DNA of 62,546 nt, the filler included, from Basidiobolus ranarum (taxonomy: Eukaryota): the NCBI GenBank assembly GCA_040143965.1. It is 14 parts of 14 records of this genome, joined end to end, with 100 filler letters (N's around TTAATTAATTAA, not from the genome) between each part and the next. Parts side by side here need not be neighbours in the genome. Positions count along the whole stretch, not along the records: positions 35,857 to 40,224 come from JASJQH010008859.1; positions 40,325 to 44,691 come from JASJQH010008860.1; positions 44,792 to 49,157 come from JASJQH010008861.1; 11 more parts are not named here. One strand, given 5' to 3'. The position numbers and the translations under genes were made by a program. The notes under the pieces were generated by a model. It saw nothing but the letters and a program-made list of their open reading frames with translations. It made no database searches and was not told the DNA's origin. This document shows, piece by piece, positions 36,303-49,257 of this stretch (positions are counted from its first letter, which is position 1; every line of letters begins with the position of its first letter).

Positions 36303-36544
36303 TTTGGAGTTGTCATTCATAGCAATATCCCCCTTGACTTGCATCTGTAGGTTGCCATTGGCCAGTTTCAGTTTCTTGCCAGTACCGTGAGCATATCCTT
36401 GATCTTGGGCAGCTTTGTACTCAGCATCAGCTTGAGCTTACTTGGCTGCTCCTTCAGGTTGCATTTGTTCCAACCAAGAACACTTCCAGTGGCTTTTTGA
36501 ATACATCCAGTGGTGCATTTGATGTTAGTATTGATTTTATCCAT
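36303..36544 (-). pseudogene. CsbD/Hmp1-like hydrophilic stress-protein pseudogene
   Basis: MDKINTNIKCTTGCIQKATGSVLG/QMQPEGAAK*AQADAEYKAAQDQGYAHGT...QVKGDIAMNDNS resembles fungal CsbD-like proteins. It has a frameshift, a stop and a probable internal deletion. Confidence 0.6.
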
Positions 36545-36801
36545 ATTGAGATGCTGGTAGTTAGAACTACAAATAAGTTGAAAATTTATAAGCTGAACTG
36601 TATTCTTTTAATATTTACTGACTTGATTCAAACTTGGTATGTTCAAAATTCCAGATATTAGAAACTTGATTTAAGGCTATTGTTCATTAATCATTCCATA
36701 ATGTTTTATCTATTGGGTATTATTAATGCAATAAAACCAATGCAAATTAAATGATTTATACCAGTTATGATTAGAGTGAATTTGGTACTCAGTCAAAATA
36801 T

Positions 36802-37448
36802 TGCTGAAATTATCATTGCCTAAACAACTATATAGTCATATATAGCTTAGTATCAAGTTATCTCATATTTTACTAAGATATTACCCATTATTCTCAATTG
36901 GGTTTTACCTAGAATTGTTAAAGTATTTGGGAGCATGTTGGAAGTGGTTTGGAGAATTAGAGAAATTGGTAGTTTTCACTTGTTGAATTATTGAGTATTC
37001 AGTTGACATTTATAGTTTTGTCAAGATGTAAACAAGCTAACATGTAGAATGTGTTAAGGAAGGTCCCAGGAACACGTGTGCCAAGTTTGGGGCTTCTAGC
37101 AAAAGTTTGAAAAGTCTATATATCTGAGAACTTCTAGGTTGGTAAAAATATTCCAAGTAAATTCCTCATGAGAATAATGGGCGATATCTGTTAAAGTATT
37201 TGAGAGCCTGTTGGAAGTGGTTTGGAGAATTAGAGGAATTGGTGGTAACCCTAAATGAGATAACTAAGTACTAAGCTATATATGACTATATAGGTGCTTA
37301 GGCAAAGCTAATTTCAACAAGAATATTTTTACCAACTTAGAAGCTCTCAGATATATAGATTTTTCAAACTTGTGCTAGAGGCCCCAAATTTTGCATATAT
37401 TTACCTGGGACCTTCCTTAACACATTCTACCCACTAGTTTGTTTACAC
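36802..37448. repeat. Nested LTR-B cluster: a + strand LTR interrupted by a - strand composite LTR-B (36916-37319, TSD AGAAT)
   Basis: AGAAT at 36911-36915 and 37320-37324. A further LTR-B end restarts at 37189 inside the insert. Confidence 0.8.
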
Positions 37449-38911
37449 TATATTCAATGAAGCTTATTAGAAGCCCTATAGTGTTTGCTCTGATACCTTG
37501 ATACCTCCAAAACTACCAGGTGAAATATCACTAAACTTTATGACAACAATTCTATACTATTATTCCATTTGGAGTATAAATATCGGATTATTGAAAGCAG
37601 AAGTTACGAGACATTGCAAATGGATCATCACTCTGATAGATAAGTTATAAATTTACATCTCTCTCAAATCTGTCAGGAGTGCCACTCGATTTTCCCCTGA
37701 TCGCTCCGATAAAAATAGCATAATCGAAATAAAGTTAATCAGTCTATTTATCAGTGAATCCAGTTCCAAAATTGCACTCACCCCAGGAACCAAGTTTGTT
37801 GATGTTGTATACACTGATGGTTGTTGTGATTAAAGATAGTGCTGAGATATTTTCGAAACATTCTGCTTGTTACAAAATTGGATTATCAAACAAAAAGCGA
37901 TGGCATCAACGAGAAAGTATCTTTCGCAGCTAGCTGTAAAGCAGTTATCGCCAGACAAAGCTTGTATAAACCAACTTTAGAAAGTATTAACTCTAAGCAC
38001 CTAAGAGGTTAGTTCTCATCAGCCCGACAATTCTGTGAGAGAATGTGATATTGGCATTTTGGGTGGAGTGCTAGGCAATGCAATTGATGGCAATATTTCT
38101 CTCCAGGAAGATTAGAAAAAGGCCGAAAAGGAACAAGGGCTATGATAAGTTAAGAAATAAACAAATTTTTGGTTGTAAAAATCAAAATTGCTGAAGAAAG
38201 AAAGCCTCTTGAAATTATATTTACTTGTTTGTTTAATCTAACTTTGAATTGTGATGTTGGCATAAGGTGAGGAAATTAAAACTTCAAGGCTTGTATACAT
38301 TGATAATTAGCTGATTGAGAGTGTAGAAGCTCATTGTTTTATCTTCACACGCCTAACTACCCTTTTAACACATAAAAGGTATCTATGCGATACGTGAGGT
38401 TGAGCCTGAATATCAAAGTTGTCCAAGTTAAGCTTGATAAGGCTCATTTTACTATCACTAACATGTGAGAACAACTGTACTATTTACTTCCCGTCTCACC
38501 TTTAAAAATATGTAACTGTACATGGATTTCTTAAGTTCTAGTTATCATCTAAGCATCAGACTCTCATAAGCTTCTTCACCAACTTCAAAAGATTTTTGAT
38601 TGTAAAGGTGGATGTCGTATCATATATAGTATTAACATTTTGGAGACATTTGGGCTATTGTTAAGTCGTAAATTTGTCGTAGTGTATCAATCACTAACAT
38701 CAACTTCAATAAAATCTTATCAACTGACAAATATGTGCAGTCTCATAATATCAAACTTATTGATGACTTTTTGATCGTAGAAGGGAGCCTAGGTGTTATT
38801 AAGGCAATAAATTTATTTCTGCTGAAACCAGAGTGAGTAGTAGCAGTATTACTCCAATTGTATCATCAGGCGCACTTACTTCCCGGCTTGTTTCTTCATT
38901 TGTCCAAAGAT

Positions 38912-39304
38912 TTATCCACACTGGCCAACGTAGTTTACGGTAAGTTGACCGTGTTTAACTTCATTATCCCCCGGGAAACCAAGAGGGATGCTGCCACAAA
39001 CGTTACAGCCATGATTTTGCAATTGATGAAGCAATGAACAAGCCTTGGACGCAGTAATAGAACTGCCCGTATTTTGGGTAAAAGCAGCAATTCCCCCAAG
39101 TATATGACAGTTAGTTGCAATTCTGACTCCAGGACCATAGGAGTTACCGCCCGGCAGGTTGCATACAGTATTGACTAATTGATTCAAGCTGTTTCCCGTA
39201 GTTCCACATTGACTACTTCCACGGCAGTTAATACCAAGAGCGTCCACTTGAGACAGCAGACCAAACGCAGTAAAGATGGAGCAAGTATTGATGAAAATTC
39301 GCAT
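38912..39304 (-). CDS. KP4 killer toxin-like secreted protein, 130 aa, intronless
   Basis: 22-aa signal peptide ending VDA, then LGINCRGSSQCG...HGC.VCGS.P...GQLTVNYV. TATAAAAG about 45 bp upstream of the ATG at 39304. Confidence 0.93.
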   Translation of the reverse strand: MRIFINTCSIFTAFGLLSQVDALGINCRGSSQCGTTGNSLNQLVNTVCNLPGGNSYGPGVRIATNCHILGGIAAFTQNTGSSITASKACSLLHQLQNHGCNVCGSIPLGFPGDNEVKHGQLTVNYVGQCG

Positions 39305-40324
39305 ATTGGAATGGAATGTTGATGGCGTTGTATTGTGTCGAGTTGTATCTTTTATATTGCACCGTGCTTGGTAATGAATGCTATTAAACCTATTCTGGGT
39401 CCGGCTAGACATGTACAAGAGTCATTCTTTAATATATACCATTAATGTACTTTCAGTCGGAGCACTTGACATATTAAGTATTAGATAGGTATTTCAAAGG
39501 CCACCCTATGGACTTTTAAAGATCAATAAGCCCACACTTCACTCCTCACCAATTGAAAAGTATGGTGAGCGTACCACTATCAAGAATAAATAAAAATTCA
39601 GCTTTAAATTTGTATGACGTACGTTCGCTCTGTTGTTCCCCTCAACGAATGAAATAGACATCAACTAGTATATATCACGTTTACTCTTGACTCCAGGTGA
39701 AGTTGGAAACCAACACATATCGGTGTTACTTCATGTTGTCCAGAACCCCATTTAGCACTCTTGGATCTAAAGCAATACATGTGAAATACAACCTCCACCA
39801 ACCACATTGAGATCTTATTAAGCAACAATGTAAGTAGACTGAGCTGATCTGTATAGATACGGGTAAGCAGAGCCTCGGTTACAAAAGCAATGGGGAATAA
39901 CGGCAAATTATTGGGCAGGTGAACATAATTTGAATTTACTTGGAACCATGTTCGTGTGATTTCAAATATTTGGCATATACCGGATTCATAGCTTCTATTA
40001 GATGATCAATTTGGGAAAGATCTTTAGGAAATAAATGAACGTGATCATACGTTCACTATGATTATCATTTACTCTATATACAACTAGGATTAGAACTAGG
40101 ATACGTGCAAGTCTAGGAAACAATACTCTTTATCTCGGGTAGGCCTAGTAAGGAATAGGAAACAATACTCTTTATTTAGAGGCAACAGTCACCCTTAACA
40201 AGTAATTTCTTAAAGTATTTTCAGNNNNNNNNNNNNNNNNNNNNNNNNNNNNNNNNNNNNNNNNNNNNTTAATTAATTAANNNNNNNNNNNNNNNNNNNN
40301 NNNNNNNNNNNNNNNNNNNNNNNN

Positions 40325-42799
40325 GCAGCGAGTGAATTAGAGTCTTCTTCCCAAAAGGAGATTACTAATATTCCAACATTCAATGGGGAAGATTTCCATG
40401 AATGGAAATTCAAGATGCAACTTGTGCTTGAAGGGAAACATGTCTGGGAAGTAGTTCAACCAGATGAAGAAGAAGAAACTTCTGAAGAAGAAAGTACAGA
40501 TTCTGACACTGAAACAAAGAAGCCAACACGTAAAGAAGCCAGGGCAGCCTTCAAAGAAAAAGACAGATTGGCATTTAGGGAAATATGTCTAAGACTGGGA
40601 TCACAACAACTTATGCTAGTCAGAGATGCTGACTCTGCCAAGAATGCATGGGAAATCCTAGTGGAACATCATGAGCAAAAAGGGCTTGCTCACTTGATGA
40701 TGCTACAAAGAAAATTCTTAAACTCTCATATGTCTGAGGATTCAGATATTATGACATATGTAAATGGTGTCAAGAAACTTGTTGAACAACTGGAATCAGT
40801 GAACTATGAAGTGCCTGATATGGATATAACTCTTACCATAATCAATGGTCTCCCTGAATCATCTTCAGCCCTTGTACTCACTTTTGAAGCAACTGGGGAT
40901 AATCTTACTCAGCATTATCTAATCACTTGTCTATTTCAAGAAGAACTTAAAAGGTAAGACAAAAGTCAGCTTGCAGATGAGGCAAAAACTACACAAGCAT
41001 TTTATTCTCAACATAGCAAACCAGAAAGGAGCACTGTGAAATGTTACAAATGTGGAAAAGTGGGACACATTGCACATTATTGCAGATCAAAGAAGTAATG
41101 GGTCTCTAAGAAAAAGGAGGCATATAACATCACTAAAAGTGGAAATGAACACTATGTACATATGGCAACCTCTAAATCAGGAAATGACTCTGCTGATGTA
41201 TGGATTCTAGATTTTGGAGCAAGTGATCATATGTGTCAAAATAGAAAAATAATGCATGACTATAAGGAAATAAAACCTCTGGACATCATGGTAGCTGGAA
41301 GAAACAAACTGGTTGCTTATAGAATGGGAAAGGTCACACTAGACTTACAAATGAGTAATACCAAAAGTGTAACAGCAACCTTGTAAGATGTTTTATATAT
41401 TCCATCATTTACAACAAATCTGTTTTCTATTGGAGCAATTGAAAAGAAACATTATGATGTCAAATTCAGCCCAGTAAAAGCAACCATTTACAAATCAAAG
41501 GACTTGAGAGTAGCAACTGGAATAAGCATTGGGAATCTATAGCACCTGAATATTGCACCAATAACTGAGACTTTTTCTAACTTTGCAACAATTACTTCAG
41601 GAAACTTGATGACTTGGCATCAGTGCTTGGGTCATCCAAACTATAATAGTGTGAAACTAATATATAAGAACAGCCTATGTACTGGAATGGATCTTAAGCC
41701 CTCAGTTATTACTAAATGTGAAAGCATTATTCAAGGGAAAATCACCAGCAAACCATTTCCAAAAGAAGGAGCTAGCAAAGCCAAAGATTTATTAGATCTT
41801 ATTCATACAGACTTATGTGACCCAATACAAACTCTGACATCAAGTAAGTGACAATATTACTCATCTTTATTGATGATAAATCTCACTTCACAGTTTCATA
41901 TCTTCTGTCAAGCAAAGGAGAAGTGTTTCAATGTTTCAAGTTATATGAGGCAATGGTCACAAGCATAACAGGAAGAAAAAACCAACACATATGTGGTGAT
42001 AATGGAACTGAACTTAGCAATGAAGCCATGACTAGATTTTGTCAAGAAAAGGGAATTCAGCAGCAATTGACTATTTCATATAGTGCAGAACAAAATGGAG
42101 TTGCATAAACAATGAATAGGACTTTAGTAGAGAAAGCACATACAATGCTGATTGATTCAGATCTGCCTAAGACCTATTGTGGTGAAGCTATTTTAACAGC
42201 TACATATCTCCAAGATAAAAGTCCAACACATAGCAACCATAACTCTAAAACTCCTATTGAAATCTGGACTGGAAACATGACTAATCTGAATCACCTCAGA
42301 ATTTTTGGATCAATAGTATATGCTCATATTCCAAAACCTTAGCATAGGAAATTGGACAAAAAGGCAATTAAACGTATTCAATTAGGATATCAGAACAAGG
42401 CTATTGCCTCCTAATTGCTGGCACAAATCAAATCATCAACTCCAGAGATACTATATTCATTGAAAAACATCTCAAATCTACTAATCAAGGGAATTTGACT
42501 TTGGCTGAAAATCAATTTCTCAATAACTCAAACCCTGAGTTAACAAGTTCTGAAATCAATCTTGAGCTAACAAGTACTAAAACCAACTTGGAAAATGATA
42601 CATTGGAAATAGATATTGGAATTAGACCAAATTTGGAATCTGAAACTATCTATCAAAATTACCCAAATTTAGAAAATATCACATTGGGGACAAGGTCTAA
42701 AACATCAGCCATCAACAAATATATGACAAAGCTCGAATCTTTCCCAATCCCTGTGGTGAATATTCCTAGCAGAAAACCAACAAGCAATAATCCTGTATC
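40325..42799 (+). mobile_element. Ty1/copia element of a third lineage (gag-protease-integrase), pseudogenised
   Basis: FNGEDFHEWKFKM, CYKCGKVGHIAHYC, WILDFGASDHM, WHQCLGHPN, LIHTDLC, IFIDD and EQNGVA. Confidence 0.92.
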
Positions 42800-43176
42800 T
42801 ATTGGGAAAATATGGGCTGTTTAGAGGAACCTTAGAAAAGTGGAGTTGCAAACAACTTTGTGAGATAATTATTTATTGTCCAGAAATAAAGCAATTATAC
42901 ATTTTGATGGAGATACAGAAAACTAACACTGGGTTGTGTTCACAACAACTGTGGGAGTAAAATGAGCTATCTTTGGGGCAATTTGGACAAGTTTGAAATT
43001 TCCAATATGGAATTGCTAATTCTCACATTATTCACAAATATATATAATATATGTTCCAATTTTCAGCTAAGTGATATGTGTCTAAGTAATATTAACTAAC
43101 TTATATGTGACATATAAAATAGTTAGGTGTATAAAGATAGAGATAGCAAATATAATAAAGACAATAAACTTCAACA
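42800..43176 (-). repeat. LTR family C
   Basis: Reverse complement of 31443-31819. The flanks differ (no TSD), suggesting recombination or deletion. Confidence 0.85.
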
Positions 43177-44433
43177 GATTAGCTTCTTATTATCAGTGTT
43201 GTATAGTCTGTACTCTTTTGTTCCATCAAAATATACCAAAAAAAGACATTTCTGGCTTTTTGGGTCTAATTTTGATCTCTTCTGGTCTGGAATCGTTGCA
43301 TATGCAGTATTTCCAAAAGCTTTGAGATTAGCAGCATCAGGCTTACTTCCAAAACAAGCTTGATAGGGTGTCATAGCCAATAGAGACCAAGAAGGACATC
43401 TATTCCTAATATATACTGCAGTTGTAGCCAATTCAGCCCAGAACTGTTTTGGTAAATCTTTTGAACATGCTTATTCTCAATAGCTTCCCTAACAAAGTGA
43501 TGTTGAATATCAATGTGCTTATTTCTAGCATGAAATTTGGGATTTTGAGCTTAAGAAATACAACTTTGATTATCAATAAAAATCATGGTGGGTGAACTTT
43601 GAAAAATTCCAAAGTCTTTGAACAGTTTCCTTACCCACATAGCCTCCTTTGCTGTATTTGATGCTGCCATATACTCTGCTTCAGTTGTTGAAAGTGCTAT
43701 GGTAGATTGTTTCTTGCTACTCCAAGATATGGCTGCTTCACTGTAGAGGAAGGTATATCCAATGATAGATCTTCTGTGCTCAATATCACATCCCCAATCT
43801 GCATCACTAAGCCAAATTAGATGCTCATTCTCATAAGAATATGTGTAACTTAATCCCAGATCAATTGTCCCCTTCAAAAATCTGAAAATCCACTTAACTG
43901 CTGCATAATGCACAGATCTTGGGTTTTGCAAATGTTGGCTGACTACTCCCACTGCAAAAGAGATATCTGGCTGAGCTCCAGTCATAGCATAGATCAAACT
44001 ACCCACCATAGATTGACAAGGGAACTCAGGGCTTTCAAATGACATATTTTGAGCCATATTTGGCTGATTTTCATCTTTTTTGATGGAATATCTGACTAGT
44101 TTCACACCTGGATCCAAGAGAGTTGCCACTGGCATACAATTCTGAATCCTGTAATGTCTGAGAATGTCTGAGATGTATTTAGATTGATTCAGAGTGATAG
44201 ATTTGCTCAATATATCTGTATAGATCTGTAGGCCTAAAAAATACGTAAGTTCACCTAAATTGGTCATCTTGAATTGGACTTATAGATCTCTTTTTGTGCT
44301 CCCAGGAGCTTCATCATTATTGGTAGCTATAATTAGATCATCTACATATAAGGCAAGTTTCACCTTACTGTCTTTGTCTGTCTTAAAGTAGATCCCAAAA
44401 TCTACCATACCCTTTTGGAAATCAAGTGATTCC
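43177..44433 (-). mobile_element. Copia fragments: RT/RNase H (44433 to ~43470) joined to an integrase fragment (~43460-43177)
   Basis: LYVDDL, SDADW, ISWSSKKQSTIALSTTEAEY and IDNQS; separately VYIRNRCP and KRSKLDPKSQKC. Confidence 0.9.
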
Positions 44434-44691
44434 TGTTGAAATTAGCATTGCCTAAACACCTATATAGTTATATATAGCTTAGTACTTAGTTATCTTATAA
44501 TTCACTAAGATATTATCAATTATTCTCAAGTGGAATTTACTTAGAATATTTTTACCAACTTAGAAGTTCTCAGATATATGGATTTTTCAAACTTGTGCTA
44601 GAAGCCCCAAACTTTGCACACATGTTCCTGGGACCTTCCTTAACATATTCTACACGTTAGTTTGTTTACATCTTGACAAAACTATAAATGT
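44434..44691 (+). repeat. LTR family B, cut by the contig end
   Basis: Starts TGTTGAAATTAGCATTGCCTAAACACC. Confidence 0.88.
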
Positions 44692-44791
44692 NNNNNNNNN
44701 NNNNNNNNNNNNNNNNNNNNNNNNNNNNNNNNNNNTTAATTAATTAANNNNNNNNNNNNNNNNNNNNNNNNNNNNNNNNNNNNNNNNNNNN

Positions 44792-46064
44792 TTAGTAAAC
44801 CCAAGGGAAAAGGAAAGGAGCCAGTGAGTTTAGGCTCTACTGTCCCACTTACTGAATTCTGCACACCATTACAAAGATCTGCGTTTCCAGAGTCAAATAT
44901 ACTGGCAAAACAGCTAAATTTGACCATAGAACCAGATCACCAGGAGGAAGAGTGCTAAATTTGGAAGTTTATCCAACACCTGGCACCTCTCAACAAGCTA
45001 AAACACCAACAAATAAAATTCATTGCTATCCATCCTCAACTGGTACTTTCAAAGGGTTGAAATTTGCACCACACTTAAAGCAAGTAAAAAGCTGCTCAAA
45101 TACTGCAAAGAACTCTCTATAGTTTCACACTACAAAGAGGTACAAGAATAGTCAAAGTGCATGAGAAGTATTTTCAAGATTATGAAGGGAAAAATGGAGT
45201 GCAAGTATGCAGAAAGTGACTTCCAAAGAAGAACATGCAGCTTAACATTTAGTCTGGTGTTGACAATTCAGATATCTGGGAAAAATGTAATATATAGTGG
45301 CACAATATTGCAGGGTATCCACCAGATAGCTGTAAGAATGTTGATTCAGCAATGTTAATACAATGGTAGGCTTTCATGGAAGTATTGATACCAACTTATG
45401 TTGGATATGATCTAAACCTTGGGCAAATTAGCATTCAAGTGGTAAATATGTGAAATTTGGGTTATGTTTTTTGCAAATGTGTTGATCTGTAGTTCTCTGA
45501 GCTTGTAGCCAATCATGAGACACTATTTTGCAAGATCTTGAAATTTAACTCTTTGAAACTGAAAATATGATTAAAATTAAATATAACTTACAATTTTACG
45601 ATGGCAAATCAATGGTCAATACCAAATGGATTAAAACTGTGATGGTTTTTATTGGGAAAATTTGGGCTGTTTGGAGAAACTTTAGAAAAGTGGAGACGCA
45701 AATAGCTTTGTAGATGATGATTTATTGTCCAGAAATGCAGCATTTATACATTTTGGTGGTAATACAGAAAACTTACACAGGGGTTGTGTTAAGAACATCT
45801 GAGGGAGTAAAATGAACTACCGTTGGGGCAATTTGAACAAGTTTGAAATTTCCAATATGGAGTTGCTAATTCTCACATTATTCACATATATATATAATAT
45901 TTGCTCCAATTTGCAGTCAAGTGCTAGTTGACTAAGTAATCTTAACTAACTTAAATGTGATATATGAAATGGTTAGGTGTATAAACATAGAGATATCAAA
46001 TATGATAAAGACAATAAAATTTGACAGTTTTCCTACAAAAACAATACTCAAATTTCTGTTAGGG
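44792..46064 (+). mobile_element. Right arm of transposon D with ORF2 remnants, interrupted by a solo LTR-C
   Basis: Ends AAATTTCTGTTAGGG; homologous to 16947-17854 in reverse. Confidence 0.8.
45650..46026 (-). repeat. Solo LTR family C with 5-bp TSD GTTTT
   Basis: GTTTT at 45645-45649 and 46027-46031. Removing it restores the D subterminal sequence GATGGTTTTCCTACAA. Confidence 0.88.
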
Positions 46065-46079
46065 ACTTGTTAATCTTTT

Positions 46080-46565
46080 GTTTCACTAAGATCTTGTCCA
46101 TCAATGTCAATTGGAATTTACTTAGAAGATTTTGCCAACTCATAAGTTGTCAGCTGTATAAATCTTGCAAACTTGTGTTTGAAGCCCCAAGCTTTGTGCA
46201 CATGCTCCTGAGACCTACCAGCTAATTTCTGCTGAAATTAGCATTGCCCAAGCACATATATTGTCATAAATAGCTTAGTACTCGTTTATCTTATATTTCA
46301 GCAACATGTTACTCGTCATTGTTAATTAGAATTTGCTTAGGATATTTTTACCAACTTAGAAGTTCTCAGATTTATCGATCTTTAAAAATTGTGCTAGAAG
46401 CCACATACTTCATACATGTGTTCCTGTGACTTTCCTAAGCACATTTTGCATGCTAGTTTGTTTACACCTTGACAAAACTAAGTAGCAACTTCCAACTCTA
46501 TAAATCAATAAGTAAAAACCACAAATTTCACTAATTCTTCAAACACTTACAACAAGCTCCCAGAT
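46080..46565 (+). repeat. Two adjacent or nested degenerate LTR-B copies
   Basis: Partial copy at ~46080-46220; a second copy starts TGCTGAAATTAGCATTG at ~46230. Confidence 0.7.
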
Positions 46566-46599
46566 AATCGTTATGTTAGAGTAAGCATTGATGCTGCTG

Positions 46600-47764
46600 T
46601 GAGTGCTCTAAAATACTTTCTTGATCTCTCAGTGTACTATAGGAAAGCAATGTTTAATGTTTTTCCTGCTTGACAGTGCAAGATATTGTTGGAATATTTA
46701 CAATACTACATCATTTATAACAGCAGTTTTGCTATCCATTTGATGAAATTTTAGCATTGTTATACTACTGTCCAGTTCCAATGAAATTAAAATATGCCAC
46801 ATAGGCAATTGTCTCATTGTAGTACATTCCTTCCGCTTGAGAGTATTCTGTTGCAACAAGTTTGGTTAGATATCCCTCTGTGGATTGAACAGTATGTTCA
46901 ACTTTTAGCACAGATTGTATCTAATTGAGTTTTAATAATTTGCTAACTGAATCAATATACAAGTTGAGTTATCCAGGGGAGATTGATACTTCTTTATCAT
47001 TGTAATACCACAATACTTTGCTTGGAGACTCTTCAAACCCTCCTGTGATAATATGGCCTCATCAGAAGTGGCTAAATTAGCACTAGGCCCCTTTTGACCA
47101 GTATGCGGATTGTTACTTGGTGGAGATCTGATTGAATTGAATCTTGTAAGTACAACAATTGGTGCTACATCTTCTGGTACATATCTTGGTATTAAAAGCA
47201 CCTTGGGCCAGGTTGAGGACACTGCTGATAAAGAATATGCATTATTTTCCTCACTAGTCAAGATCTGCCAAGAAAAATGTTGCAGTATTATTCTGTTATT
47301 TCATTCATTGTTGAGTTAGATAGAAAATCTAGGGAGAAATTAATTTTCCACTCAGAAATAATATTGAGTCTCATTGATCTTACTTGGTGCTATTCAGGAT
47401 GTTTAAATTCTGTAGATATTTATAAGTTGTTGTAAAGCTGCTAAAATTTGCACCCAATATCCTGCCATTTTTGAACTCTTACCCCATGACAACTTTACAG
47501 TATCTCTGACAAAGGTACAACTCCTAAAGTTTCAAGTAGTAAACCAACAATTGAAAACATTGCTTTCTTAGCATCATCAATGTAAAGAATCTTGATCTTG
47601 AGACCTGTTTGGGTGTCCACCATTCTTTGAATATCTTTAAGATATCAAAGTTTTCATCCTTATGGGCTAGAAAGCTTACTCAAGTACACTCTATCTTATC
47701 CTTGTTAAAGTTTGTAACATATATTTGTCTACCCAATGATTAGCATACCATATATCACATGGAT
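46600..47764 (-). mobile_element. Very degenerate copia integrase/linker relic
   Basis: Fragments such as SFLAHKDENFDI and MVDTQTGLKIKIL. CpG-poor. Confidence 0.55.
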
Positions 47765-49000
47765 GCCTATCAGGAATTTAAGGATGATTATTGTAAGAAA
47801 AATGCGACCATTTTAATTGATTTTTGGTTGACTGTTTACTTATTGTCATAAAATTATCAAGTTAGATCTGCTTGTATTGAATCATTTCAATCTCAGGGGA
47901 GAAATTCAAAGATCTGCAAAATAGTTGCACAGGATTAGCTATAATATCAGAAAGCTATGGATCAACACTTGTGTAAAAAAAGCCATAAAAATTTGCATAC
48001 TTTCCACTTCAATGCTCATCTCCATCTTTGAAATGCTTGTTTCTTTGATAGATTCTCCTGAATATTGTTGTAAAGCTCTTTGTACCCAATATTTAGCTCA
48101 CATGCCCTATGAAAATATGAGAGTGAATACCATAGGAAAACCAAAGGAAACACAAATATAGAGGTAGTTATAACATTAGAAAATGGGAGGAAAAAACTAT
48201 TGGTACAGTGACCATGAGAAAATGGGGAAATTGTCAATATAATACCTCTACAAAATGGTGAGAAAATAATATGAAATTCAAACCTGAAATATTTTTGTAA
48301 GGGTATGCAACAAAAGTATGGACCAGTATCTCTAACACAAGCCCTCATAGCACTAATGTTGCCACATTAATATTCTTTCAACAAACTGAGGATTCCCCTG
48401 AAATAATAATCCACTCTGTATTAAGTCTTCCCCACCATCTGCCTAATCAAAACCAGGCCAAATGACATGTTGACAATCCTTCTTCTGAAGCCACTTGCTC
48501 CATAGTTGCTCTGCATTTTCCCCTTCATGCTTTTAATAATACTCTTTATGATCTTTTACCTATTTTTTGCATTCTTTTAATATGACACTACTCATTGTGC
48601 TTTGCAGTGTTTTGGCAGCTTTTTGCCTGCCTTTAAATATGGGACAAATTTATACAACATGGAATGTGCAGTTGTGGTTGGAGAGCAGTGGGTTTTACAT
48701 GCTGATATTTTGCTTATTGAGCCATGCCAGGTATTGATAACTTCCAGCTTTTAAACACTTCCAAGTGGTGTTCATGGTTGCATGTTAAAGCAAGCCTTTT
48801 TGGTAATATATCTGCTGGTACATTCAACTCAGGATATTCAAATCTTAGTAATAGTGGGAAGATTTTGATAGCACTGGTACTTTAGCTATTCCCTTGAGTT
48901 TACCAACTTCCTGCTCCTAGACTACAGCTTTAGTAGCTTTTCTTTCATTTCCAAGTTGATAAATGCATACATTTTGAGATGTTTCATCAATAGGTATATG
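47765..49000 (-). mobile_element. Diverged right arm of a D-related transposon
   Basis: GCCTATCA terminus and colinear similarity to 16947-17854. Inner boundary approximate. Confidence 0.65.
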
Positions 49001-49257
49001 CTAGCTTAATTGCCCCTTGCAAGCAAAAGCCCAGGATATGGAAAAACAAAAGCCGAGTTCGATTCTCGGCGAGACCTTATCTTTTGCCAGCATTGGGCTC
49101 ATAATATATAAGAATAGCATAATATGGCAATGCCTGAGTTACGTGTAACATGCATACNNNNNNNNNNNNNNNNNNNNNNNNNNNNNNNNNNNNNNNNNNN
49201 NTTAATTAATTAANNNNNNNNNNNNNNNNNNNNNNNNNNNNNNNNNNNNNNNNNNNN

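Noticed and set aside
37780-38160. Possible decayed small gene downstream of the KP4-like gene (immunity partner?)
   Set aside because: No consistent frame, splice pattern or recognisable family, so it is unsupported.
39305-39418. 38-aa N-terminal extension of the KP4-like ORF in the ORF track
   Set aside because: It overlaps the TATA box, and the signal peptide begins at the ATG at 39304.
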